Notes: generated by a model from the sequence alone, not told the origin. A stretch of 28,044 nt of DNA from an uncultured archaeon (GCA_964645535.1 CAZYCQ010000046.1:1-28044), one strand, 5' to 3'. Numbered from the stretch's first letter, positions 17,782-25,922 are shown. A program made the numbers and translations.

Positions 17782-18900
17782 ATGGATAGGAAATGGAAAC
17801 TTGGATTGGCGACCATTTTGGCGATCATGCTGATTTCCGCAGGAATTGTTGTCATCCTTATCCAGAAAACCGATACCTTGGAAAACGAAAGCTATAGGTT
17901 GAGCCGGGCATTCACCCATGATTTTGAGAATCCGGTGGAGATTGTTCATCATGGAGACGCCTACTATATTCTTGAACAGAAAGGACGAGTGCTGATGGTC
18001 AAGGAGGGAAACTTTCCGATCAACCAGACTCCAATAGTTGCACTCGACATCAGCACCAAGGTGGATTTCGGAGGGGAAAAAGGGCTTTTGGGGATTGCCT
18101 TCCTCAATGACAAGGTCTATCTGGATTACACGGCACCGGATCCATTAAGAACAGTGGTTGCAGAATATAAGCTCAATGCAGATGGCACAATTTCAGGCAT
18201 CTCTGAACGAATCTTGCTCCAAGTTGAACAACCGGCCTCAAACCATAATGGAGGACATCTTGAGATCGGTCCGGATGGCATGCTCTATATTGCCTTGGGA
18301 GATGGCGGAAGTGCTGGAGATCCATGGGGAAATGGACAAAATCCAAAAACATTGCTGGGAAGTATCCTGCGGATCGACCCGAATGGAGAACCCTATGGCA
18401 TCCCCAAGGACAATCCATTCTATGGCAATACCAACGGGTTCAGGGAGGAAATCTTCGCCTTCGGTCTTCGCAATCCTTGGAAGTTTTCATTCGATGGAAA
18501 CACCATCTGGGCTGGAGATGTAGGACAGAACAGTTATGAGGAAATTGGAATCATTGAAAAGGGAGGAAACCATGGCTGGAATCTCAAAGAAGGATTTGAA
18601 TGCTATGCCGTTACCCCCTGTGCAAATACCTCGCTGGTTGATCCATTGTACGCCTATGGACGCGGTATGGGCGCTTCAGTGACCGGAGGGTATGTGTATC
18701 GGGGAAACACCTTGAATTTGGAGGGAAGGTACATCTATGGAGACTTTATTAGCGGCCGAATTTGGGCATTTTCCCGCACAACAGGAAATATTGAGCTATT
18801 GGACACCGATCTTCTCATCTCCTCCTTTGGATTGTCCTCTGATGGAGAAATTTTCGTCGTAGATTATCGGGGAACCATCTTTCTGTTACAGGAAAAATAA
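17782..18900 (+). CDS. Membrane-anchored PQQ-dependent sugar dehydrogenase (GSDH beta-propeller)
   Basis: N-terminal TM; E.GLLGIAF, NHNGG, GPDGMLYIALGDGG, GSILRID, GLRNPW, GDVGQ..YEEI, GGNHGW, SVTGGYVYRG. Confidence 0.92.
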   Translation: MDRKWKLGLATILAIMLISAGIVVILIQKTDTLENESYRLSRAFTHDFENPVEIVHHGDAYYILEQKGRVLMVKEGNFPINQTPIVALDISTKVDFGGEKGLLGIAFLNDKVYLDYTAPDPLRTVVAEYKLNADGTISGISERILLQVEQPASNHNGGHLEIGPDGMLYIALGDGGSAGDPWGNGQNPKTLLGSILRIDPNGEPYGIPKDNPFYGNTNGFREEIFAFGLRNPWKFSFDGNTIWAGDVGQNSYEEIGIIEKGGNHGWNLKEGFECYAVTPCANTSLVDPLYAYGRGMGASVTGGYVYRGNTLNLEGRYIYGDFISGRIWAFSRTTGNIELLDTDLLISSFGLSSDGEIFVVDYRGTIFLLQEK

Positions 18901-18984
18901 GATGCAAAATACAAACACCGAAAACAGACATGTCACCATATGATATATGTGCAAGCTTAAGTATTCCTTCATAGAAGAAAAGAC

Positions 18985-19227
18985 ATGGAAATCCAAGATT
19001 TTGCAGGAGAATATCTCTGTGCCAACTGCAATACCGAATTTGAAGCACCCCACCATTGTGGAAGGGGAATGATTGTCATCAAGGAGAACGGAAGCTTCAC
19101 TTGGACGTGCTGGAAAGGAGAACATGCGCCGTGCTGTGGCAAGCCATCCGTCATCCCCCTTGAATCATGTTGCCAGCAACAGCAAATCATTCCGAAAAAT
19201 GTCAAAGAACAATTGAAATCATTGTGA
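18985..19227 (+). CDS. Small Cys/His-rich metal-binding protein
   Basis: 80 aa with 8 Cys and 3 His (CANC, HHCG, C..HAPCCG, SCC); ATG start about 25 nt after CTTAAGTA. Confidence 0.7.
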   Translation: MEIQDFAGEYLCANCNTEFEAPHHCGRGMIVIKENGSFTWTCWKGEHAPCCGKPSVIPLESCCQQQQIIPKNVKEQLKSL

Positions 19228-19271
19228 CGCCGCAGAAAAGGTTTTTCAAGAACAATTCCCAGAAAATCCAC

Positions 19272-20099
19272 ATGCCAATTGTCTATGCAACTGTGCTTCC
19301 ACATGGGGCATTGGTTCTTAAACCGGAGGATGATATGAGCAGAAAACTACGTCAAGCCATGGAAACTGTCGCTCAGGAAGTGGCAACGCTCAATCCGGAT
19401 CTGATCCTCCTCAGCACCCCACATGGACTGATGCTCCAGCAGCATTTCGCTCTCTACCATTCCCAAAAAGGAAAGGGAACTGCCGAATGGCAGGGAGAAT
19501 ATCAAGAATTCAAGCTTGAAGTGGAAATGGCAATCGATACCACCAAAGAACTGGCAGGCTTGCTCAAAGCAGAGCTTATCACCCCGCATGTTCCAGTCTT
19601 CCCAATTGAAATGGCATGGGGAGAGATCATCCCGCTCTATTTCATTTACCAGAAGATCAGCCCCAACGTCGTCATCCTTTCCCATCCCGCTCGCAGATAT
19701 GATCATCCTGAGACCATGGACGACGAACTGAAAGAGATAGGCAGAACCATCACCGGATTCTTTGAGAAACGACCGGAACAGGTGGCAGTGATCATCAGCG
19801 GGGATTGGGCACACACCCATCAGGAAAACGGCCCCTACGGATATTCAGAAACCGCAGAACCATTTGACAAGGCCATCGCAGACTGGCTCAGCCATCTGCA
19901 TCTCAAAGACAACATCTGGCAAAAGGCAAGGAAAAGGGCTGCGGAACTGGTCAATACCGCCCTTTCCTGCGGCTATACCGGCCTCATGCTACTTGATGGC
20001 ATCATTCAGGGAGAATGGACAGGCAGGCTCCATGAAATCGGAGCACCAAGCTACTACGGAATGGCAGTGGCCAGCTATGCCCGTACAAAGAATGGATAG
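19272..20099 (+). CDS. LigB/Memo-like (class III extradiol dioxygenase superfamily) protein
   Basis: VLPHG, PDLI.LSTPHG, WGE.IPL.F, ISGDWAH.H...GPYG, FD, SCG, SYYG; ATG 19272 is the likely start. Confidence 0.82.
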   Translation: MPIVYATVLPHGALVLKPEDDMSRKLRQAMETVAQEVATLNPDLILLSTPHGLMLQQHFALYHSQKGKGTAEWQGEYQEFKLEVEMAIDTTKELAGLLKAELITPHVPVFPIEMAWGEIIPLYFIYQKISPNVVILSHPARRYDHPETMDDELKEIGRTITGFFEKRPEQVAVIISGDWAHTHQENGPYGYSETAEPFDKAIADWLSHLHLKDNIWQKARKRAAELVNTALSCGYTGLMLLDGIIQGEWTGRLHEIGAPSYYGMAVASYARTKNG

Positions 20100-21124
20100 A
20101 AACATCTACGAACCAAGAGCTCGAAATCAATGGGTTCCCTTTTCTCCAGACAGGACAGCAATCGGGCAAGGCAGATGCGCCCAATCCTATTTCCCGAACC
20201 CTTCAACATGACCAATCCCGTTAGCTGGCGGGTCGTGAGAAGGACTTCCACCTCATCGGATCCGAAGAAAATAGGTCGTGGTTGCCCTTTTCCCAAGGAT
20301 CGCAATTGATCCATGGAAGAAAGGAACGGGAGGAATTCTGGAACCTCTGTCGGATAGGATGCCAGTGGGGTTTTATCATCCTTGCTGATGACAAGTATAT
20401 ATTCCACAGATCCAAGAACCGGAAGAGTTCTCAACCGTATCACATAATTACCCATATGCAGGATCGAAGAGAGCAGGAAGGGAATGAACACAAAATTGAG
20501 AGGCATCACCAATACATCGAACAATCGTTCCAAGATAACGACAAATGGACCGAGCATGAAACTCAGAATCGCAACAAAGGTGATCCATCCGACTTGAGAA
20601 ATTGCTTGGGGATCCATCTCCAAAAGAGCAAAGACGAACCCGACCAATCCAATGAAATTAAAGAGCAAAATGCCAAACGCGAAGAGATAGCCACCTTCAA
20701 TAGGATCATAATAGACAACTCGAACTGTTCCAAGATCCAAATGCAAGGACGGTACCATACCCCCTATGGAAATACCCACAAGAAAGGAGAGCAGGGCAAT
20801 TGAACCGATTGGAAAATCCTTGACAGAAAGAAGATATAGGTTATAGAAGACCACACCAATGGCTGAAAACAAAAAGGTCAGTTGCAACCATTCATTGGAA
20901 GGTTGAAACGGCAGAGATTTGACATAAAGATGAATGAAGATCAGATTTTCGTAAAGAATGACAGGCAGACCAAGGAATGAGGCCACCAAAAGGGTCGCAA
21001 AGGGAACATCCGTATACCCCGCATTCCATCTGAGCAAAAAACGAACGGTTGCAACTAGAAGAAGCAGAACCGCAACCGCGGTAAGTACAAGAACACTCCA
21101 GCCGGCGATGAGGAAAGGGCCCAT
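20075..21124 (-). CDS. 7-TM membrane protein with C-terminal longin-like domain (pair 2, gene B)
   Basis: Seven hydrophobic segments, then 'VEYILVISKDDKTPLASY...LTGLVML.G.G.RIGRICLARLL'; clear paralog of 21172..22266. Confidence 0.6.
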   Translation of the reverse strand: MGPFLIAGWSVLVLTAVAVLLLLVATVRFLLRWNAGYTDVPFATLLVASFLGLPVILYENLIFIHLYVKSLPFQPSNEWLQLTFLFSAIGVVFYNLYLLSVKDFPIGSIALLSFLVGISIGGMVPSLHLDLGTVRVVYYDPIEGGYLFAFGILLFNFIGLVGFVFALLEMDPQAISQVGWITFVAILSFMLGPFVVILERLFDVLVMPLNFVFIPFLLSSILHMGNYVIRLRTLPVLGSVEYILVISKDDKTPLASYPTEVPEFLPFLSSMDQLRSLGKGQPRPIFFGSDEVEVLLTTRQLTGLVMLKGSGNRIGRICLARLLSCLEKREPIDFELLVRRCFYPFFVRA

Positions 21125-21171
21125 TCATATCCTTTATCCTGAATTGCTTAATAAGAATTGTCAGATTCCAT

Positions 21172-22266
21172 TCAGATAGAATGATGGACAAAAACAGTGT
21201 CAGGATCGGGACCGTTGCATCCGAAAAAGGGAAAGAAGGAACGATGGAGCAGATCCGCAAAGCCAGGATCGTCCAATTCCTGTCCAGTCGTCGCCAGAGA
21301 CATCAACAGCCTTCTTGCACAATACCTGCCAATCTTCTCACCACCCTCGCTGAGCACGAGCAGAACCATAAGTGATCCATGAAATAGATGAACCAAGTTC
21401 CGAGTACGAAACGGCTCATTCCTGCCGAGCGTTTCAACCAATGCCGTCTGTGCGGCAAGAAAAGCCATGCCATCCAAGGTGAGCTGGGTATGACTGCCTT
21501 CAGGATGATAGCCGGCAAGCACAACATTCCGTTCGGTGTCCAGAACGGCAAGCCCGATGATGACGGCACGAACCGAATAGCCACATCCATGATACCGATA
21601 AAGAATCAGGAGGATAAAGGAAGGAACAAGAAAAGGCAGGATGAGAAGATTGCTCGGTCTTTCAAGAAGAAGAACAACCCTAGTGAAAAAGACTGCAATG
21701 GAACCGCTAAAGAACAGAACTGCACTGAAAAGATAGGGAAAGGAAAGGCGGGCACCTTTGCTTTTTGAAAGGAAAAGACCTACAAGCCCCACCAAATTGA
21801 AAAGACCTAGACTGCCGACATACAGCACGCCGGCAATCACCGGCGAATAATAGAGCGGAGGAGTGGTCAGAGGATCAAACTGCACCCCGGCAACCATACC
21901 ACCGATACCTATCCCCATCAAAGCAGCCAGCACCAGCAATCCAGAAAAGGGAAAGTCCTCAAGCACAAGAAACTGCAAGTTGTAAAGGATGATCCCAAAT
22001 GAACTCAACACAAGAAAAACCTTCAGCACCGTCACCGAAAAGGAGATCGGCAATCGCATTACCTCAAGATGCACAAAGAGAAGATTCTCATAGACCAGGA
22101 TGGGTTGTCCGAAAAGAAGAGCAAGAAGAAACAGCCCGTTGGAGACATCCACATATCCCTTTCGCCAGCGAAAAAGATATCTGATGACAGAAACAATGGT
22201 TCCTCCAAAAAACAAAACCGTCAGAAACACAATCCACAATCCAAGATCCGTCCAACGTTCCACCAC
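21172..22266 (-). CDS. 7-TM membrane protein with C-terminal longin-like domain (pair 2, gene A)
   Basis: Shared motifs with its neighbour: R.L.RW..GY.DV, G.P...YENL.F.HL.V..LP, YNL..L...DFP, GI.IGGMV, YY.P, FN..GLVG, P.N....PFL, IGR.C..RLL, R.F.PFF. Confidence 0.6.
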   Translation of the reverse strand: MVERWTDLGLWIVFLTVLFFGGTIVSVIRYLFRWRKGYVDVSNGLFLLALLFGQPILVYENLLFVHLEVMRLPISFSVTVLKVFLVLSSFGIILYNLQFLVLEDFPFSGLLVLAALMGIGIGGMVAGVQFDPLTTPPLYYSPVIAGVLYVGSLGLFNLVGLVGLFLSKSKGARLSFPYLFSAVLFFSGSIAVFFTRVVLLLERPSNLLILPFLVPSFILLILYRYHGCGYSVRAVIIGLAVLDTERNVVLAGYHPEGSHTQLTLDGMAFLAAQTALVETLGRNEPFRTRNLVHLFHGSLMVLLVLSEGGEKIGRYCARRLLMSLATTGQELDDPGFADLLHRSFFPFFGCNGPDPDTVFVHHSI

Positions 22267-22339
22267 ATCTTGTGCCCTGAAACGCCATATTTAACCATTC
22301 ATTGGAAAAAATAAAATAATGCATCAGAAAATACTTTTT

Positions 22340-23506
22340 TCAGCAGAATGCTGCTACAAATTCTGAAACTAGGGAATCCAAGTCCGAAAGCAGGCGATAC
22401 CGACGACGGAAGAAACGGCAGAGGGTACCCAGATCCTGTCTGAGCACATCAACCGCCTCCTTAAAGGAAATGGACGTGGAAGTGGCTTCATCAAGGCTGA
22501 AACGTCGGGATTGCAGAACATCAATCACCACTATCCCTTCATCGCCCACCAACAGATTCGGAGGGGAGAAATCGCCATGGACATAATAACCCTCCGTGAA
22601 CATGTGATACAGCTCATTCAGACAGTCTTCAAACACCTCGGACGGAGACAGGCCATGTTTAACCAAATCAATCGTTTGAAGGCTGGGGGCAGGAAAGAAT
22701 CCCAAGGATTCATTGCAGACACCCTCCATGACCAACAATGGCCCAATCTTCCGGATCGGAGCAGGAACACACACATCCAGCTTCAGCAACGATCGAAGAT
22801 TCGAGAATTCCAAGGCCGCCAAGAAGGTAGGCATCCGCCAATCCGAGGCAGAAAGTCCCCGTGGACGAAAACGCCGTGTCGAAGGACTGTACTTGTAAAA
22901 AACCTTGAAAACATAGCTTTCTTCCGCCCGACCGAAATACACTTCCGCTTCCTTACCCTTGCCGATCACAATCGTCGGCATGTCAACGGACCCTATCTCC
23001 TCCAAGAAAGCCATCAATTGCGAAGGTCGATCAACCCTGAGGGAAGGTATCCGCTTGACTCGACGAACCGCAGATAAAGGATGTGCCTCAAAAGTCCCCT
23101 TGGCATAGGACCATTCCATGACGGAACCGAAGCCAGCATCCACCAGCTTCAACAGCAACCTTGCCGTCATCAACGGATCAGGTTTTGCCAACTTCAGCCC
23201 CAATTCCTCAAGCATGGCACTCAGGGACAGATATCTATCTCCCTGATTGCAAACCTCAATGAGATGCACTGTTGCAGGAACATACCTGAGAAAAGAACGG
23301 AATTCCGAAAGATTGTCGACCAGAACCGCCACCACACCCGTGACGCGGACCATCTCTGCCAAGTGGGTGATACCGACCGATTCGAATTCGGTTCTCCCTC
23401 TATAGACGCAGTTGCGAAGCACAACTGCAAACCGGGAAAACCGCCGGTGTGAACGATCTGATCTGCCGCTATGCAGATCAATACTCAAAAGCTTCTCTTC
23501 TTTCAC
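22340..23506 (-). CDS. RIO-family atypical protein kinase fused to an N-terminal COG2433 (DUF460-protein)-like domain
   Basis: Kinase: IGKGKEAEVY, FKVF, EFSNLRSL, VPAPI, LLVME, HGDFSPPNLL, IDVLQS, LRQD...L.RFF. N-terminus: SIDLHSG..FAVV, LVDNLSE, SL......G....PDP..TA.....L...G.G. Confidence 0.82.
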   Translation of the reverse strand: MKEEKLLSIDLHSGRSDRSHRRFSRFAVVLRNCVYRGRTEFESVGITHLAEMVRVTGVVAVLVDNLSEFRSFLRYVPATVHLIEVCNQGDRYLSLSAMLEELGLKLAKPDPLMTARLLLKLVDAGFGSVMEWSYAKGTFEAHPLSAVRRVKRIPSLRVDRPSQLMAFLEEIGSVDMPTIVIGKGKEAEVYFGRAEESYVFKVFYKYSPSTRRFRPRGLSASDWRMPTFLAALEFSNLRSLLKLDVCVPAPIRKIGPLLVMEGVCNESLGFFPAPSLQTIDLVKHGLSPSEVFEDCLNELYHMFTEGYYVHGDFSPPNLLVGDEGIVVIDVLQSRRFSLDEATSTSISFKEAVDVLRQDLGTLCRFFRRRYRLLSDLDSLVSEFVAAFC

Positions 23507-23522
23507 GCTTCATAACCTCAAA

Positions 23523-23624
23523 AAGGGATGCACTGCACCCTGAGGCTATGATGACACAAGGTGCAGGACTGAAAAACGATACGGGATAAGTTCGCGGATC
23601 TTCAGTTCATGCACCTCCTTTACA
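23523..23624 (+). ncRNA. Candidate structured RNA with K-loop (box D'/C') motif
   Basis: CTGA (23540-43) and ATGATGA (23548-54) inside the stem CTGCACC/GGTGCAG; a second CTGA at 23569-72; a further stem ACTGAA/TTCAGT. Confidence 0.35.
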
Positions 23625-23659
23625 TTGTTGAAGGAAAAATACCATTTAAACTTTTCTTT

Positions 23660-24202
23660 TCAGAAGATAGTCAGCATCAGGAAAAAGGCCAGACCCAGAA
23701 ACAACACAATAAAACTTGCTATGGTAAGGACAATCCCCACGACAATGGCAAGAAAAGCGACAGGAAAATTGATCTTGGTGGTCTGTGACACAAGATAGGC
23801 AAGCTGTAGCACCGCAATAACATGGAAAATTGCACCATAGAGCGTAAAGAACATCAGCACATACCCAATAATGACCCAGACACGAGTGATGGCGACCAAC
23901 CGAAGCATGGTGGCGGCATGTTCAGTCACGCCAAACAGCCGTAAGGCCACAGAAGTCGCCCAAGAGAGCATCAGGACACTCAAAAGCTCGACAAAGAAAT
24001 TGGTGACGATAGGTAAGCCATTCATCCCCTCTGGAATGGGAACGCCCAATGAAATGCCAGCCATCCCTAGCACCAGGGCCAAAACCGATGAAATGACCAC
24101 CATGAGCAGAGCATTCATGTCCTCCCCTTCGTCGTCATGGATACGCCTGAATTCCGTTCTGCGAAAACGTAATCCAGCATTGAAAAAATCCGACAATGTC
24201 AC
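23660..24202 (-). CDS. Yip1-family membrane protein
   Basis: N-terminal 'FFNAGLRF....FRRI.DDE.....AL..V', 5 TM helices, 'A.RLFG.......MLRLVA'. Confidence 0.65.
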   Translation of the reverse strand: MTLSDFFNAGLRFRRTEFRRIHDDEGEDMNALLMVVISSVLALVLGMAGISLGVPIPEGMNGLPIVTNFFVELLSVLMLSWATSVALRLFGVTEHAATMLRLVAITRVWVIIGYVLMFFTLYGAIFHVIAVLQLAYLVSQTTKINFPVAFLAIVVGIVLTIASFIVLFLGLAFFLMLTIF

Positions 24203-24275
24203 ATTCGGGTCTTGAATTGAATGCTAATAAATCTTCTATACTCGACAGGGAGATTTTATGAAATTATGTAGTAAG

Positions 24276-24839
24276 TTAAGCACCTGCAACAAACAAACCA
24301 AGCAAAGCCACGACTAATAAGACGACAACAACAAAGAACAGGATGAACACAAGGATGATGGCAATTATCCAAGCCACAACCATGCTTCCGACGCCCTTGC
24401 CGGTTGCTGCACCCATTCCGATGAGGAACACAATCAGCCCGACAAGGCTAAGAAGAGTGCCAAGATTGACGCCTGCAAGCCCAATCAGATAACCAAGGAT
24501 GGGCCAAATCTGAGAAGCACCAAGAACACGGATGGCCTGCATGGTTGAAGCCTCTTTCGCACCTACGACCCGTGCTGCAAATGCGAATATCCAGGCATAC
24601 ACAAAGGTGGAGAAGAGTGAATAGAATAGATTTGCTATCACTATTGCAATTTGATCTTCAGTCCCTAAGTTCACCGGAGCAAGGGATTGCCCAGACACCA
24701 AACCTACAACAGCTGCAAGAATTGCAGGTATGATCAACATGATAAGAGCGTTGCCATTTTCGCTCTCATCATTTCCAACCTTCGCCAACGCGGCGGAGTC
24801 AAATTTTAAACCAGCCATTACTAAATCTGCGAGTGGCAT
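24276..24839 (-). CDS. Yip1-family membrane protein (paralog of 23660..24202)
   Basis: 'LVMAGLKFDSAALAKVGNDESENGNAL', 5 TM, 'ARVVGAKEASTMQAIRVLG.S..W.ILGY'. Confidence 0.7.
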   Translation of the reverse strand: MPLADLVMAGLKFDSAALAKVGNDESENGNALIMLIIPAILAAVVGLVSGQSLAPVNLGTEDQIAIVIANLFYSLFSTFVYAWIFAFAARVVGAKEASTMQAIRVLGASQIWPILGYLIGLAGVNLGTLLSLVGLIVFLIGMGAATGKGVGSMVVAWIIAIILVFILFFVVVVLLVVALLGLFVAGA

Positions 24840-25050
24840 GATGACGGGTTCGAAAGACCCCTTCTTAAGCCTTTCGCGATTCTATCGTAATAAAATGCCG
24901 ATCAACTATTAAAATCTGTCCTTATTACCACAAAACCGTTTTTTTGAAAGACACACCCCAATATATATGAAAAACGGATTTTACAGTCGACATCGATCAT
25001 TTCGGAACCCATTCCATCCAGTATCGATCACAGCAGAACCGGCAAAATTG

Positions 25051-25077
25051 AACATTGAAAGCTTAAACATTGAAAGC
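25051..25077. repeat. Direct repeat AACATTGAAAGC x2 (15-bp period) in divergent intergenic region
   Basis: Copies at 25051-25062 and 25066-25077, followed by a degenerate third copy (ACTGAAAC). Confidence 0.7.
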
Positions 25078-25215
25078 ACTGAAACATGATCCAATCGTTG
25101 GAAACGAAGAAAACAGAATCAGCTTCAAAACCTGCCCCGGCGCCTGTCAAACACAAGAGATAAGCATGCAAAGACACACCAAAAGGAAAATCAATTCCAC
25201 AAAAATTGCAACATA

Positions 25216-25722
25216 ATGATCATAGCAGTTGGATCCACCAATCCCGTCAAGGTAAAGGCAGCCCAACAGGCAGCAGAAACCTTCGATTCCACCATTGCAG
25301 TGAGGGGAAGGGATGTGCCTTCAGGAGTCTCCGCCATGCCCATGTCGAAAGAGGAGGTTCGCAAAGGGGCAAGGACAAGGGCGATTAATGCATTGGCGAC
25401 AGGTGCAGACCTCGGTATCGGAATGGAAGGGGGAATGCAATTGATTGAAGACAGATACTATCTGACCTCAAGCGTCTACGCATGTACAGATGACGAAGGG
25501 GCATGGGGAGGCGAGGTCTTGGTACGTATTCCTCCCCACATAGTAGATCTAGTGGTCAATCAAGGCATTGAGTTGGGGACAGCCATGGACAAGATTACCG
25601 GCAGGGAAGGAACAAAAAAACAGGAGGGGGCAATATATTACCTTACCGGAGGACGTTTGACACGGATGCAGGTCTTCAGAGACGCCACTATCATGGCACT
25701 TGCACCACTTCTGCACAGATGA
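25216..25722 (+). CDS. yjjX: Inosine/xanthosine triphosphatase (DUF84 / NTPase I-T)
   Basis: IAVGSTNPVKV.A, V.SGVS..P, GA..RA, G.G.EGG, ELG.AMD, K..EGAI..LT.G.LTR. Confidence 0.93.
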   Translation: MIIAVGSTNPVKVKAAQQAAETFDSTIAVRGRDVPSGVSAMPMSKEEVRKGARTRAINALATGADLGIGMEGGMQLIEDRYYLTSSVYACTDDEGAWGGEVLVRIPPHIVDLVVNQGIELGTAMDKITGREGTKKQEGAIYYLTGGRLTRMQVFRDATIMALAPLLHR

Positions 25723-25725
25723 ATC

Positions 25726-25922
25726 AATACAGATACAATACATAATACATACAAATCGCAATACATCAAATACGAAAATGCAGCAGCAGAAACCAGAAAC
25801 GAACCAGGTTACAGAAAAGAAACAGCCACGACCGACCAGAAACCACCCCGCACAGCACACAATACAAACCACAATACATACAATACAATATCAATACATT
25901 ATACAATACACTATACAATACA
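25726..25922. repeat. Low-complexity A/C-rich tract with two clusters of (A)ATAC repeats
   Basis: About 7 ATAC in 25726-25773 and about 9 in 25861-25921; TATACAATACA at 25900 and 25912; no G in 25856-25924. Confidence 0.85.

Noticed and set aside
19167-19271. N-terminal extension of the LigB-like ORF overlapping the Cys-rich gene
   Set aside because: The family-typical start MPIVYATVLPHG begins at ATG 19272; the extension is an ORF-caller artefact
12502-20099. Overlapping 3' ends of convergent genes (12502-12518, 14453-14460, 20075-20099)
   Set aside because: Common in compact archaeal genomes; no sign of special function
4574-22266. 7TM proteins as rhodopsins or true GPCRs
   Set aside because: No retinal-binding Lys in TM7 and no clear DRY/NPxxY motif set; only architectural analogy can be claimed
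25051-25090. ATTGAAAG resembles the 3' end of many CRISPR repeats
   Set aside because: Only two 12-bp copies 3 bp apart, with no spacers, leader or cas genes
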